Shown: positions 1-14,050, numbered from the stretch's first letter. The stretch: DNA of 64,000 nucleotides from Octopus sinensis (GCF_006345805.1 NC_043006.1:52576001-52640000), one strand, 5' to 3'. The notes: generated by a model not told the origin, from the letters alone. Translations and numbers: made by a program.

Positions 1-59
1 TAATCGAGTAACACGTTCCCTCAAAATTTCAGAAATTATGTCCATAGAAAAGACCGTTT

Positions 60-400
60 TGTTATAATTATCAAAATTAGGACTCTACAGGCCATCTCAA
101 GCATCTCTTAGTGCTGCTAAGAGTTTCTTAATAGAATGAAGTTCTTTATACAAAAATGCTATTTGGGAAAGGCATTGGGACTTCACAACGTTCCTTTCAG
201 TGACAGAGATACTGTTCAACTATAAGGATGGTTATTTTCTCTGTCAAAATTACTGTTTGAATTAACGAGACACAACCAAAGTATTTTGGATCTAGTTTTC
301 CTCAATTATCCCGACAATATATCAATATTTCAGTTGAAGAAAACTCTTCTCTCAGACTACGATACAGAACACTGTAATCTTAGATAATAACATTCTAAGC
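60..400 (+). pseudogene. Degraded apurinic endonuclease (APE) domain of an old CR1-type LINE
   Basis: Manual translation with stops and frameshifts gives GLYRP, a decayed GDF-like motif, and TRHNQSILDLVFLN...LLSDY, matching the YRPP, GDFN, PTR..LDLVF and SDH motifs of LINE APE. Confidence 0.55.
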
Positions 401-779
401 ACACTCATTTCTTCTTTCTTATCAACAAAGACAAAAGCAAATTACACGTATATAAACAGGAGATACAAATATTACAGGCATTCCCCCCCACACACACACA
501 CTAACTAAACATAGACGCACATAGAGATATACGCATGCGCAAATGAAGACACATACAATAGAAATACAAAATGGCTGACGGTTAGTAAGGAAAGACACAC
601 AAATAAGAAAGAAGAAAGCAAAGGACCACTGATGCGGTCACAGGAGTGTGACGAAAGAACTCTGGCCGAAATAAGATTAAGATTAATGTAAAAAATAAAT
701 AACTCTGAAACAAAGTAACTCCAAATATATAGTGCGTGTGTTTTTATTGGTTAAACTGGCAAAATGACCATTCCTAAAT

Positions 780-1189
780 ACAACAATATTTTACAGACGA
801 CTTTAAGCTTCAGAAAGTTATCAACCAGATAAAACACTCCTCTGATCTGCATCCTGTAATTCAACTAATGAAACAAAACAATATGTATCTGAATGACGAG
901 AATTTGAAGCTCATTCTCTTAAATGGTCACATTTTTTTCAATCAGGAGAACCTCTCATCGTCACATACAACGTTAGATGGACAACCCATATAAACAGTAT
1001 TGGGGATATGTTTCACAGAAACCTCAGAACGTTTCAGTTCAGAGGTCCAAATCATCCTTATATTCTATTCCTTTTCTTAATCCCACATAGCTTTTGATTT
1101 TTGTGGCCATCTCGTAGCAAATATTACTAGAATTGGAGAATATTAAAGGACAAATATTTAAAAAAATGTATTAACTTATTACGAGTCTT
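780..1189 (+). pseudogene. Old CR1-type LINE RT remnant, left part (split by the element at 1190-2138)
   Basis: Reads YFTDDFKLQKVI...SDLHPVIQLMKQNNMYLNDENLKL (FADD motif plus CR1 thumb) and is colinear with the CR1 ORF at 56783-57631. Confidence 0.65.
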
Positions 1190-2138
1190 GAATCTTTTCT
1201 TTTTGAAGGCCAGATTTTCCTAGTTAACTAAACAATTTGAAACTTCGTATACTGGTAGAATGTGTCAAAAGAAAACATTATTGTAAACAAAATTGAAAAC
1301 AAAATTGTAATTCGTAACTTAAACATAGTTTAATTTTAAGAATTTTAACCAATGAAATCGCAGCATTCGAGCTCAAATTATTTACCTCTTCTTCTGTCTT
1401 CTACATGTGCTAGAAATAACAGCTATATCTCTTAAATCGATTAATTTCGTCGCCCAATAAAAATATTAACGATATTTTTTGAATATTTTCTTTATTTTTT
1501 TTTTACCGAAAAGGCTTCTCCCATGGTTTTGAACGGCCAGAAGCAACAAAAACAAAACAATGATATGCCTAAATCGGTCTCGAGTTTGCGCGTGGAGTGT
1601 GAGTAGTATTGTAAAAATTTGCGAAATATTTTTTCATAAAAGGATGCCCCCAGCTTGTCGGAAGCTGTGATATAAATTGGGAAAAAAATCCTCGACACCA
1701 GTGCGTAATTGGTACTTAATTTATCGACCCCGAAACGATGAAACATTGACCCCCCCCTTCTGTGCAAATTTGTTGCGGCAAGTGGCAAAACACAACGTGT
1801 ATTTTTGCTTGTGTGCGTATGTGTGTGTATGTATATGTCCGTTTGTATGTGTGTGTACGCTTATATATTAATTACTATGTGCTTGTGCAAATGTGTGTGT
1901 GTGTGTGTCGTGTGTGTCGTGCGTCTGCTATATTTCTTTATCAATATCGATAACGCAGCAATGTTGGGATTTCATTGGTTAATATTCGTAAAAATTAAAC
2001 TACGGTTAAGTTACAAATTACAATTTTGTTTTCAATTTTGTTTACAATAATGTTTTCTTTTGACACATTCTACCAGTATACGAAGTTTCAAATTTTTTAG
2101 TTAACTAGGAAAATCTGGCCTTCAAAAAGAAAAGATCC
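1190..2138. mobile_element. Non-autonomous long-TIR (foldback/MULE- or hAT-like) DNA element
   Basis: About 180-bp inverted repeats (1190-1369 vs about 1960-2138) flanked by an 8-bp direct repeat CGAGTCTT (1182-1189, 2139-2146). The interior holds a SINE fragment and (TG)n, with no transposase. Confidence 0.85.
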
Positions 2139-2515
2139 CGAGTCTTGATTACTGGGATCGCATGAACACATTCAGATATCATTCTCTTCAACGCTCGTTG
2201 AGCTCTATATCATCTGTACTATTTCTGCTGTTTGGAAAATATTGCTGAAGATATATTTTCCAAACAATGGAAATTACTCAGAATCAACGTCGTACCAATT
2301 ACTCTCTAGAATAGTCGAACACATACTAGATAAACACAGTGCAACACTTTTTATTGCCTTCAATTATTCTGTTCTATTCAACATTATTCTCAAATAAAAC
2401 AATGACCAAAAGGATCCCATTAACTTCAAAAAGACCCCAGGAAATCCTGGACCAATCTTTTATGAATCTGTAGTGGTTTAAACTCACTAAAGCATTCTGT
2501 TCTCTAGATAAGTTT
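2139..2515 (+). pseudogene. Old CR1-type LINE 3' remnant, right part
   Basis: Removing one TSD copy restores ITSLDYWDRMNTFRYHSLQR (cf. LDYWDHLKALKLYSLQ at 57230). AAGGATCCCATTAACTT and CCTGGACCAATCT match 57503 and 57685. Confidence 0.75.
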
Positions 2516-3585
2516 TATTAACATATATTTGTATGTTCATACAAATAATAAATATAAATATAATCAGACAAGATAGCAGTTTTTTTAGCCTGTCTGTACT
2601 CCGGTTCTATCATTCATACATACATACAAACACATACATACATACATACGTACGTACATACATGCATACACACATACATACGTATACTTACATATATACA
2701 CATATATGCGAGTGTGTATGCATGCACGGATGTATCAAAAAGGGGATAGAATTAAAACAAATAAAGCGTATATGCATACCAATTAAATAGCAATATGAAA
2801 TTACAATAAATGGATATATTTAGGATAAGTTATAAATTACCCCGTGAGTTCACACGGTATTTAGAAGACTACATGCTTATCATAAGCACGTGTAAGTTTG
2901 AAAAATTATGTATTGTTCTACCTAAAAGGGACTGAGCATGTATGTTAAAATTTAAATAACACGAAGCGTTGACGTGCAGAGGGTTTGTTTAAAAGAGAAT
3001 AAGCGCTGTGCTGGTAATTACAATGGGACATCAACAACAATTTGCAGGTTTAAATTGTAAAACGTTGTCACATTTTTATCCTGTTTCAAGATAGTATTTC
3101 AGCGCACTAAAACTGTGTTCTCTTCATGGATATGTAAAAATTTTATACTCTCCATGTCGAAAAAAATTTAATCAAAAACAGACGACTGAATAAATAATAT
3201 ATGAAATGTGAGACCTCGCAACAGGCGAAGTTACAGTCTTAAATGCATCAATATTGTCTACTTTTGTATTAACTTCAACCTGCCCAATTCAATATCACCT
3301 CCAAATCGACAAAGCAACTAACAGCTTCGAGTAAATTTGAATCTAATTATATTAACATGGTTTTAAGCACCATATTAACCGCCTTTATATGGTGTCAAAC
3401 AGCAACTAGCATTCTTCGAAAAGAATGACGAATTAGATAATTATTTTTGTAAGTTTCCAATTTAAAAAAAAAATTAGTTTCAATCTTTTAATTTTCTTAT
3501 GTTAATTTGGATTTCCACTGAAGTTTAATCTTTGTAAATTTAAAAATTTTATTTTACTTCTCATTATTATGTTAAAAGTATAAGG

Positions 3586-3955
3586 CTTGCAGAATCGTTA
3601 GCACGCCAAGCGAAATGCTTTGCGGTACTTCGTCTGCCGCTACAAATTCCGCCGAGGTCGACTTTGCCTTTCATCCTTTCGGGGTCGATTAAATAAGTAC
3701 CAGTTACGCACTAGGGTCGATATAATCGACTTAATCCGTTTGTCTATCCTTGTTTGTCCTGTGTTTAGCCCCTTGTGGCTAGTAAAGAAATAGGTATTTC
3801 TCCATTGCTACATTCTTAGTTCAAATTCCGCCGAGGTCGACTTTCCTTTTTATCCTTTCGAGGTTGATAAATTAAGTATCAGTTACGTAATGGAGTCGAT
3901 CTAATCAGCTATCCCCGTCCCCCAAATTTTCAGGCCTTGTGTTTATAGTAGAAAA
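3586..3955 (+). mobile_element. tRNA-derived SINE, family A (tandem partial dimer)
   Basis: Head GCAGAATCGTTAGCACGCC and core CCGCCGAGGTCGACTTTGCCTTTCATCCTTTCGGGGTCGAT, present twice; other copies at 23669, 24836 and 30985. Confidence 0.85.
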
Positions 3956-4080
3956 TATTACTATGTTAAAAGTATGAAGGTGTAGCAGCCGGCCTAACAG
4001 ATTAACTTCTCATCCATTCCTCAATTTCATGAAGGCAAGAGAGTTTAGTTATTAGATCTCTCGTGTATTTCCTATACAAT

Positions 4081-4320
4081 CATCATCATCGTTGTCGTCG
4101 TCGTCGTCGTCATCACCATCATATCTAACATCTATTTTCCATGTTGCCATGGGTTGAATGGTTTGATAGGATCCTGCAAGCTGATGGGCTACGCCGAGCT
4201 CCTGTATCAGCTTTGGCATATTTTCTATGGCTGGATGCCCTTCCTAATGCCATTAAGTTCATATTACTGACTGGGTGCTTTTTTTGTACCACTGTCACTG
4301 ATGAGGTTAACAAGTAAGTT
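4081..4320 (-). mobile_element. SINE/RTE-tail-like interspersed repeat with (GAT)n tail
   Basis: Minus strand carries GGCATTAGGAAGGGCATCCAGCCATAGAAA and ends in a (GAT/GAC)n tract at 4081-4120. Confidence 0.5.
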
Positions 4321-4649
4321 GCAAGACAGTAAAAGAGTTCCAGAAGAAGCTCTTGATATAAGAAGCTGAGCAGAAGAGAGGATACGGTCAGTGAGTAAGG
4401 GGTGCGGAAGGAAAGGGCAGATAGCTTCATAAGAGTGTAAGAACGTAACAAGTAGCAAGAGATGGGGGTAGAAGGGAAAGTGGTGAGCAAGAGTGGAGCT
4501 GCGGTTGATGACTTCTCTTATACTGACATTAATCTACTGTTCCATATACTCTAATCTTCCCACACTTTATATTGTCATTAATCTACGATTCCTTGTAGAG
4601 TTGCGAGGAAAACGTCACTAGGGCTGAAGTAAAGTTTATTTATACCTTT

Positions 4650-5870
4650 TGAAATGACTTAAGCTATAAAGCTATGGATTGCAGCATGGTCAATTAATTT
4701 TATTTAATGATCTTTGGTTTAGAAAACCAAATATAGAACCTAGGGACCACTGGACTAAAGCAATTCGGGAATAACTTTCACAGATGAACCGCCTTGCAAA
4801 CTTTCTTTCAAATAGTACGCTTGTGTAGTCTTCATTTACCTTCCTTAAGTAGTTTGGCCATTCAGATATTGAGAGGAATTAATGGATAAATATTGGTACT
4901 TCAGACATACATTGAACCTCACAGTTGTGAGTAAACGCAATTATATTACTTACCGCCATACAAAATATAATGGCTCTGTCTTATAATCAAAACAAACATA
5001 TTTAGCGAATATATTTAATCATTAAAATATTTCAAAATTCAATTAGTTGAAATAAAATTATACAGTGAATGATTTAGCATCTAATATAACAGCTGCGATA
5101 TAGCCAACTGCTAGAGAACACGGAAAATTATACACATGACGCCTGCGTAGCCACACCTGCAGAAATTGAATTAATTTTGTGAAATGAATTCGTAATTTCT
5201 CGAAATTATTTAGTCTTTTGTCTTTGGAATTTCACCTCTAGGTTTTTTTTTTCTCCAACTTTTTCAAACAATTAAGAAGTTTTTGCTTTTAACATTTAGT
5301 ACTTCACCTCTTAACTTACTCTTATTTAACTGGCATCACCAATATAGATATTTGATGAATTAGTTATTAGAAACTATTAATTAAAATTGAATACTTATGT
5401 GGGAGGAAGAGCCTACCAAATAGACTTAAGAGAATCTTAAAGATTATATGCAAAGGAACTGAAACCATAGCACACAGTAAACATAACTAATTGTGATTCT
5501 GTTTCTATTATTTACCAGTTCTAAGCAACACGTATCGGCTCGTTGATAACTGAACCGTATCTCTTTACAGTAAGAGAAATGAGATGTTTGGTATTTTATG
5601 CATATTTCAAGAACATACATAAAAATAGCGCAATTGAGGTGAAATAACATATAACTAAGAATTAAAACTGCAGGGAACCTATGTTAGTGGATTATCCCAT
5701 GCTCTTAGAATATTTCTTATCATTGACAATATTAAATAACATAGGGAAAGTACCATAACTAGCAAGCATCTGTCAAACTGAGGCTTAGAACTCATTGAAG
5801 CCATTTTAGCTTCAGTTAAAGCCGTTAACGTCACGATAACACATATTCTATACCTTATAGATATCAACAG
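4650..5870 (-). pseudogene. Possible heavily decayed hAT-like transposase
   Basis: Weak by-eye similarity only: MAS-like start near 5800 and a C-terminal EWPNY...CES segment near 4750-4900; many stops. Confidence 0.25.
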
Positions 5871-6292
5871 AGTCCCAGCTGGCGAGATCTATAGGTGGTT
5901 ATTTATCGACCAAAAAGCTAACATTAATAATTCCATCGCTTGTGTCGTGATTCTTGTCGACGTTTGGTCTATGTCTTATGCTTTTAAAGAAAGGTGGAAG
6001 AGTAATATTTCGATCATGCTTATACGAAAGGCAATGGTGGAACAATGATGTTAAATGTCTCCATTCGGTCAATGAAACCCCAAGGGATTGTCAACCGAGT
6101 TGCCGTAAGTATAAACACTTTGATACAACATCAAAAATACGATGTGTAAAAATGAAAAAAAAAAGACAAAGGCGGCGAAGTGGAAGAAAGAGAGAAAAGA
6201 ACAAGAAGAAAAAAAACTTAGAAGGACAATAAACTAATGATAATGATTCTTTCTACTGTAGGTACAAGGCCTGGAGAAATGGTTTCTCACTC

Positions 6293-6338
<46 letters not shown>
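6293..6338 (+). repeat. (TAA)n microsatellite, 5' flank of R4/Dong element 1
   Basis: Pure AAT run directly abutting the truncated RT. Confidence 0.95.
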
Positions 6339-6339
<1 letters not shown>

Positions 6340-8749
6340 GGCCCATAATTGGAAATCCCCCGGTAAAGATAGGGTGCCGAATTTCTGGCTCGCATCGCTC
6401 CCATGCGCACACGGTAAGCTAGTTCAGTTGCTCAATGGAATTATGAGAGACCCAAAGAAAACACCTGAATGGTTAGCAAGTGGCATTACTTACCTACTCC
6501 CGAAGAATAACGAAACCAACCTTCCAAAAAACTATCGGCCTATAACCTGTCTATCCACCACGTATAAAATCCTAACATCTATCCTGGCGGAGAAAACGCT
6601 GAACAAAAAGGGTGCCGCCGAGGCTCTTACGGATGCAAAGATCAACTGCTAATCAATCGTATGATCCTTGAGAACTGTCACAACAAGCGCAGAAATCTCA
6701 GCACCGCATGGATTGACTATAAAAAGGCCTTCGACAGTATACCGCATCCATGGATCTTGAGATCGCTGGACATCTTCAAAATTTCCCCTGTGATTTCAAA
6801 CTTCCTGAAGCACAATATGTCGTTGTGGAATACGAATCTCCAATTATACCACTCTAATGGAGTACTTGCCTCAGAAAATATAAACATCAACTGTGGAATT
6901 TTTCAAGGTGACTCACTTTCACCTTTAATATTCTGCATAGCCCTAATACCCCTTACAAGTGAATTAAACAGAACAGGGTATGGGTATAAAATTGCCAAAA
7001 AAAAATAAGCCATCTATTTTATATGGATGACTTAAAACTTTATGGTAAAGACAATAATGAACTTGAAGGCCTATTGCGCACCGTGAAAGCATTCAGCGAT
7101 GACATCGGGATGGAGTTTGGACTTGAGAAGTGTGCGAAGGCCACTTTCCAGAAAGGGAAAGTGAAGACCACAAATTCAGTCGTGTTAGATGTTGACACAG
7201 TCATAAGAGAGCTTGAGCAAGAACAAACATACAAATATTTAGGAATAAATGAAGTCTCTGGTATTCAGCATGCAAGCATGAAAGAGAAGATCAGGAAGGA
7301 ATGTTATAGGAGAGTTCGTGCAGTCCTTAAATCTGAACTAAATGCACGTAACAAGGTGTTAGCTATAAATTCCTTAGCAGTTCCAGTTGTTACTTATAGC
7401 TACAATGTGTTGAACTGGAATATGAGTGAAGTAAAGAATATAGATAGGAAAATACGCAAGCTGCTGAGTTGTAATAGGATGCACCACCCAAAGGCAGACG
7501 TAGATCGCGTTTACCTTCCCAGAGCCCAAGGAGGTCGAGGCCTGATCCAATTTGAACTAGCTTACAAAACAACCACAATTGGACTGGCCAAATATCTCGA
7601 AATATCGAATGACCGGATGCTAAAGCTCGTGGAGAGATGAAAGCTCATCGAAAGATGAAAGAAGCTTCATTCTATCATAAAGGAAAGCAAAAAATTTGCT
7701 ATTGATCTCGTGCAGGATACCCAAACTGAACAACCCGAGGGAAGTACGGCAACTATTGTTGCAAAGAAGGTGAAAATGATGGAATGAAAAAAGCGCACGA
7801 GCAATTGGCTGATAGGTGGGAGGAGAAACCTCTGCACGGCAAATATGTGACCCGCAGCAAACAAGCTGATGTTGACCAGAAGCAAACCCATCAGTGGCTA
7901 CGGAGCTCAGGGCTAAAAGCAGAGAGCGAAGGTTTCATCCTGGCTGCTCAAGATCAAAGCCTATTAACCCGGAACTACCAGGCCAATGTGATGAAAAATG
8001 GAGCAGACCCAAAATGCCGATTCTGCAACGACATGATTGAAACAGTGGACCACCTAATCTCTGGATGTAAAGTCTTAGCACCAGTGGAGTATAAATTAAG
8101 ACATGACAGAGTTGGCCAATATCTCCACTGGCTAATAAGTCGGCATTACAATATCAAAGCTGCCGACAAGTGGTATAATCACCACCCTGAGGCTGTAACT
8201 GAAGGAGAAAATGTAACCATTCTGTGGGACTTTCCAGTACATACAGACCGAACCATCAAGGCCAATAAACCAGATATTGTTGTGAAAGACCAAAACAATA
8301 AAGTTTGCTTATTGATCGACATGAGCATCCCCTGTGATCATAATATCTCAGCGAAAGAGTTTGACAAGCTCAGAAAATATAAAGACCTACTCATTGAAAT
8401 TGAGAAAATGTGGCATCTCAAGGCGGTTACAATACCAGTGATCGTAGGAGCACTAGGAATGATCAAGAAGGGAACCGAAAATTATATGAGAATGATCCCT
8501 GGCTTACCATCCCTGCAAGAAGTGCAAAAGATTGTCTTAACTGGTACATCACACGTATTGAGAAGAGCATTGTCGATGTGAGAACTGTTGCTGCTCATGT
8601 ATTTTAATTTAACTTAAAAAAAAAAAATGAACGAACTATTGAGTTTGGTTTAATGGCCTACCAATGTATACTATGAATTTCTTTGCCCTAGGAGTCGGGA
8701 AGACACTCGGCAAGAAATGGAAGCAAATTTGAAAGAAGAAAAAAAGAGT
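6339..8749 (+). mobile_element. 5'-truncated R4/Dong-clade non-LTR retrotransposon (RT, CCHC, RLE), frameshifted; element 1
   Basis: RT motifs [32 protein letters not shown] and YMDDLKLY; CRFC...HLISGC knuckle; RHD; KPDIVV...LLIDMSIP RLE. The 3' UTR ends in (TAA)n. ORF pieces 6374-6652, 6661-7008, 7023-7640 and 7784-8581. Confidence 0.92.
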
Positions 8750-8784
8750 AATAATAATAATAATAATAATAATGATGATGTTGA

Positions 8785-8859
<75 letters not shown>

Positions 8860-8865
<6 letters not shown>

Positions 8866-9025
8866 TTTTTCTAATATCATTCACCGTGCTGTATTTTCTC
8901 TTATTCCTTTCTGTTGAAGAGCATAGGCTCGAACCGTGAAAGACCTTTTCATTTTCCCGAGCGTCAAAGTAATACACTTGCTTGTTGTTCATACACCTAT
9001 CTTCGTCTTTTGTTTTTCTATAAAT
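8860..9025 (+). repeat. Short (TA)n-flanked repeat with a degenerate minimal hammerhead (8907-8942)
   Basis: CTTT-CTGTTGA-A-GAGC(ATAG)GCTC-GAACCGTG-AAAG; same layout as 38373-38407 but with core substitutions. Confidence 0.5.
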
Positions 9026-9042
9026 TATATATATATATATAT

Positions 9043-10820
9043 AATATTCCATGGATGAATGGCAGACAGTACTACAGGTACAGACAAAAGAGGGACTCAT
9101 AAAAACTAAAGTCATTCCCATTAGAAGAGGAATATTCCAGGGAGACACGCTCTCTCCACTTCTTTTCTTCTTAGCACTGACACTTTTACCTGACATGCTA
9201 AACAGAGCTGGATGCACATTCAACTGTTACGGTAAAATAATCAGCCATCTCTTGTATATGGATGATCTAAAACTGTACGCTAAAATGATAAACAGCTGGA
9301 CACCTTACAACAGAGAGTACATGGATTTATCAAAGAAATAAAATATGAAATTTGGCTTAGAAAAATGTGCCAAAGCGACCTTGAAAAGAGAAAGATTAGT
9401 TAAGAGTAGTAACATCACACTAGATAAAGCAAATAAAATAAGAGTATTTGTCCAAAGCCAGACATACAAGTATTTAGGAATCAATGAACTAGATACAATA
9501 CAACACACACAAATGAAAGAGAAGATAAAAAAAAGGAATACTATAGACGAGTGAGATTAATATTGAAAACAGAGTTCAATGCGAAAAACAAGATAATAGA
9601 TATCAACATCCATAGCCGTCCCAGTTATAAGTTACAGCGACAATATTCTGAACTTGACTCTAAATGAACTTATCAAAATAGACAGGAAAACAGACAGGAT
9701 TTAGGATGCACCACCCTAAGTCTGACATAGACAGGTTATCGATGATGGCAGAGATCTTATACAGCTAGAAAACTATAACAAAATAAGCATCATAGGACTA
9801 CAGAAATACAAATAGCCACAAAACACAAACAAAACACAAGCCTGTTTTCAGTCAGTAAGGAAGCTGACAAATACAAAAAAGAAGTCATAGTACCTAACAA
9901 CTATGAAAAAAAAGAAGAAACAACAAAAAGTATAAAACAACTGAAATCCAAAATCTGGAACGGCAACGGATCATGATAAAACGATGGCAAGAAAGTATTA
10001 GGTTAAGCTAAATAGAAAAGAAGTAGACAAAATAAAATCCCATCAATGGATGAGAAGCTCAAGACTCAAAGCAGTGACTGAAGGATTTTAATTGCAGCAC
10101 AAAGTCAAAACCTTCCCAGTAGAATTCACCAAAAACACGCAATGAAAAGAAATACAAGTAATTGCAGAATATATGATGATGGAGAAGAAGCAGTAAATCA
10201 TATTGTCTCTGGCTGCCCAGTCCTGGCTATGAAGGAATATATTCACAGACACGACAGAGTTGGGAATTATTTACACTGGAAGCTATGCCAAAACTATGCA
10301 ATAACAGAAAAAAGATGTTATAGGCATACGCCAGAACAGGTCACAGAAAATGAAAAAGCAATCATAATCTGAGATATGCTAATACACACAGATAAAGAAA
10401 TTAAGGCCAATAGGCCGGATATAGTTGTCAAAAATCACCAAGAAGAAATTGCTTTCTAATTGACGTAGCAATACCAACAGATGACAATGTTTCTCTGAAA
10501 GAAATGGAGAAACTTTCGAAATACAAAGATCTGGAAATTGGGCTGGAAAAGTCGAATGTGGAAACAATTCCTATGAAAGTAGACGCATTGGGTATGATAA
10601 AAAGTATTCAAACAAATACATAACAAAAACTCCAGGACTTACAAGTATATATAACATACAGAAAATAGCACTACTAGGACCACGCACATCCTACATAAAA
10701 TACTTTCAATATAGGGACAATAAAAGCACCACAACAAACCACAGCACATACCCAAGTCACACAGAGCTGCACTCGGTAGTGCAGTGAAAGCATTTGATAA
10801 AAATAAGACTACTGAATGAT
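9043..10820 (+). mobile_element. 5'-truncated, more decayed R4/Dong element 2 (different 3' UTR)
   Basis: GIFQGDTLSPLLF, HLLYMDDLKLY, KFGLEKCAK, CRIY...HIVSGC and RHDRVG; followed by a long (TAA)n. Confidence 0.88.
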
Positions 10821-10961
<141 letters not shown>

Positions 10962-11527
10962 TGCAGTACCAGGCACTAGCTCCCATGGCTTCTTATCTTA
11001 ACTGATTGGAAGTTTTATTATGTACATTGTTTTATCTAGGTATAAAAGATGGGCTACGGCAAATGTTCTATTCAGTACTATAGATTCGCTTGTCAGTTGT
11101 TTGACTTTAACCAGTCGAGCTTGTCCCTTGATGGTAGACGATATGTGTATCTCTGATCACGAGCAGATGTAGTGGAGGGTCATCATAGCCATGTTTTGAG
11201 TGGAATTCTTCAGAATTTGAATAATTCACCTCTGGAAACATAGGTGTTTCGTTTAACATCCTTAAACAACCCTTATTCAAGGATCATTTGAGCAGGATGG
11301 GATACTCGACCTTAAGAAAATTCTAACTGGGCCCAACCTGCGAGGTCATGCGCTGTTTATCTTGAAGAGATCATCATGTCGCGCACATATGGTGTGATGC
11401 AAGTGCCTGTTGTACCTTTATCAAAAGGGTTGTCATGATGGGTATATTGGGCTTCGTACATTTTACCACAGTGTCACTTTGATGGCACTACTCTCTCACT
11501 CAATAACAACAACAAAAACAACAACAA
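10962..11527 (+). mobile_element. About 540-bp non-coding interspersed repeat embedded between (TAA)n and (CAA)n
   Basis: Its 3' 230 bp recur inverted at 16390-16618; ends in CTCTCTCACTC followed by an AAT/AAC tail. Confidence 0.7.
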
Positions 11528-12271
11528 GTACTAGATGATGATGATGAAAAGTAGGAGAATAATATTTTTTTACGAGAATTCGAACAAAGATTATTTAATT
11601 ATTACCATCCTAATCAAATTGCTTTCTCGATTTTTGCCCAAACCAATGTTAGTTACCATTTCACTCTACAGTAGGAAATGATTCTGATTTTGTTTCTGAA
11701 AATGAATCTCAAACGACCATGTAATTAAAATTCTGAATAGCTCACGCTTAAAATTCGAACAGCAGTTTCTTTGTTCATCGTTCGCATTCCTTTGAACACG
11801 AAGGAAAGACATTATATAGTGTCTTATTAAAATACAGAGAATGCTGGCGTTCCTTTACGAATATTCAATTAGCAAAACATTTCTGCCGTTCATTCAGTTT
11901 TACGTCTCTTCCCGTAGAAAAATCCCACAGTTTCGTGATAGTACAAGCATAGTATATACAATAACATGGTTACATTTACATTCTGGCAGGTACTTTTAGA
12001 TAATCTAGTTCATAAATAGCTCTCAAAATAAACCACAATTAAGTCAAATCACAAGTTGTATACTAATAGCTTAATAATTCAACAACAATGCATGGTTCTC
12101 ACATTCTATTTCACATGAACATTGATGAAATTGTTTATGCTGTCAAATAACACTTCACGTTGTTTCGACGCAAATTAGATTTAATACTGTTTATATCTCA
12201 TCTATGGAAGATGCTTAGATTGATAATCCGAACCGAATGAATATCTGCTGCTGATCCATTCCTATGACTAT

Positions 12272-12305
<34 letters not shown>

Positions 12306-12406
12306 ACACCACACAGAGTCATACATACACACACATACAGTGACACATACACATGCACACAAACATATACTCACAAACACACACACACATATATAGGTAT
12401 ATATAA

Positions 12407-12448
<42 letters not shown>

Positions 12449-13229
12449 TCATTGAGCAGTTATCATAAATAAGTTTTCAATTTCAATTTTCAAATTTACA
12501 GATCGGAATGTAATTAATCAAAATTAAAACAAGATACAAAATATTCAATATATTCAACATTACTAGCCGATTGGCTAAAAATAGAGCAAACGTAAGAGTA
12601 AGTTTTCACAAGGAGAAGCACAAATCTGTACTGGGAAAAAGGGAAGGTATGTGCTAGATGATAGTAGGTGTTACTCTGTATAAAAGAATCGATAGTAATA
12701 CAACAACGAAACAATCGACTTTACAGACGTACAAAACTATGTATATGAACTTCTTTTTCTATATATGGTAAAAGAAAAAAAACGCCGCTCTTTACTGAAG
12801 AATATAAAGATTGAGTGGTTGGATGGCAGAGTTTCTTCCAAAGACTTGAATTTCATGGAACGGATTATCTTCCGATGTGAACAACAACAGAACAGTGGCC
12901 GTACCCCTTAACCGGGGAAAGGATACATACTTCTTTAGGCATTATGAGGTGCTCATTAATAAAAATTGTTGACTAGAATGAGATTTGAAGGGACGCAATA
13001 AGGTTGTATCTTTGAACAATTGGAAGTGAGGTATAAAGGCCAGCATACCTATTCTGGCAGCATCCTCTGTTTGGTACACACCCACTGGATTTTCAGAATG
13101 CACGGTGTTGATTTAGAGCAGCCGAAGTGAGTCATCCTGACCTTATCTATATAGAATATTTGTCAGATAAAGGGATTGAAATAATATAGGCAGCCCACAG
13201 TCTCCAACCAGTCAGCTATACAGGTCACA

Positions 13230-14050
13230 AATCTGTAACTTGGATATTCAGCGTAGACAGAACTTCATACATCCTGTAGTTATATAATGTAATCTACCTT
13301 TGGTATTCCTAGTCGGAAAGTATTGGTTCTGTGCTTCAATCAGGATTCAGTCTTAGATTTCAAGCCTAAGCTTTCTAGCCAATTCTACGATTTCCTTTGT
13401 CAATTTCCACCTTGTTAAATTTTTTCAGATGTTAAAATTGAGAGGCGGTTTGTCGTCATTTTTAAATATAACTACATTTTTTGCTTAGTTTATAGATTTC
13501 TCAAAATTTCTGTTATTTTTTCCCTTTATTTTTTTCTCACAATCATTTCTCTTTTTGACTTCTCTTTTATAATTTTTGACTTTCTTGAAGAAATCTTTCT
13601 ATGCCTGATTTGGAGTGATGTGCTTTAATCGCAATTATTTTCCTTGCCGCTCTACTCAGTTTGGTTACTACGATTAGCATTCAGGTGAGAATACTATAAC
13701 TATCTTATTACAGCGACAGCATGAGTATTGATGTTTATTAGCATATTGTTGCCATTGGACTGTTTTAAGTAATAATCTAATGCGTGTAGATGAACTAGAT
13801 AATGTACTTTGTCTAATTTATGGATTCTTAATTCTTTAGCTCTGGTTCTTTATCTTACATGGTATTATTGTTCCACTCTTCAAATCATGTTGGTTCATTT
13901 TTCTCAACCGAATTCCATATTTTCCTTCAGCAAGCTGTGTGTTGTCACCATTAGTGTTTCCATTTATTTATTATCTGCATCCTGCAACTTGAGGTTGTCG
14001 AGATATAAACCGATGGCTGTCATGGTGTCAACACTTCTAATATAGAAGAG
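13230..14050 (-). pseudogene. Old R4/Dong-type RT remnant
   Basis: Minus strand reads LYLDNLKLQ...MEFG*EK, TRIRLLLKT and NWLESLGLKSKTES, paralleling element 1 (YMDDLKLY, MEFGLEK, WLRSSGLKAESE). Confidence 0.65.

Noticed and set aside
625-675. CTGATGC-GGTCA...TGGCC-GAAA hammerhead-like motif
   Set aside because: A9 is replaced and neither helix III nor a cleavage triplet can be formed.
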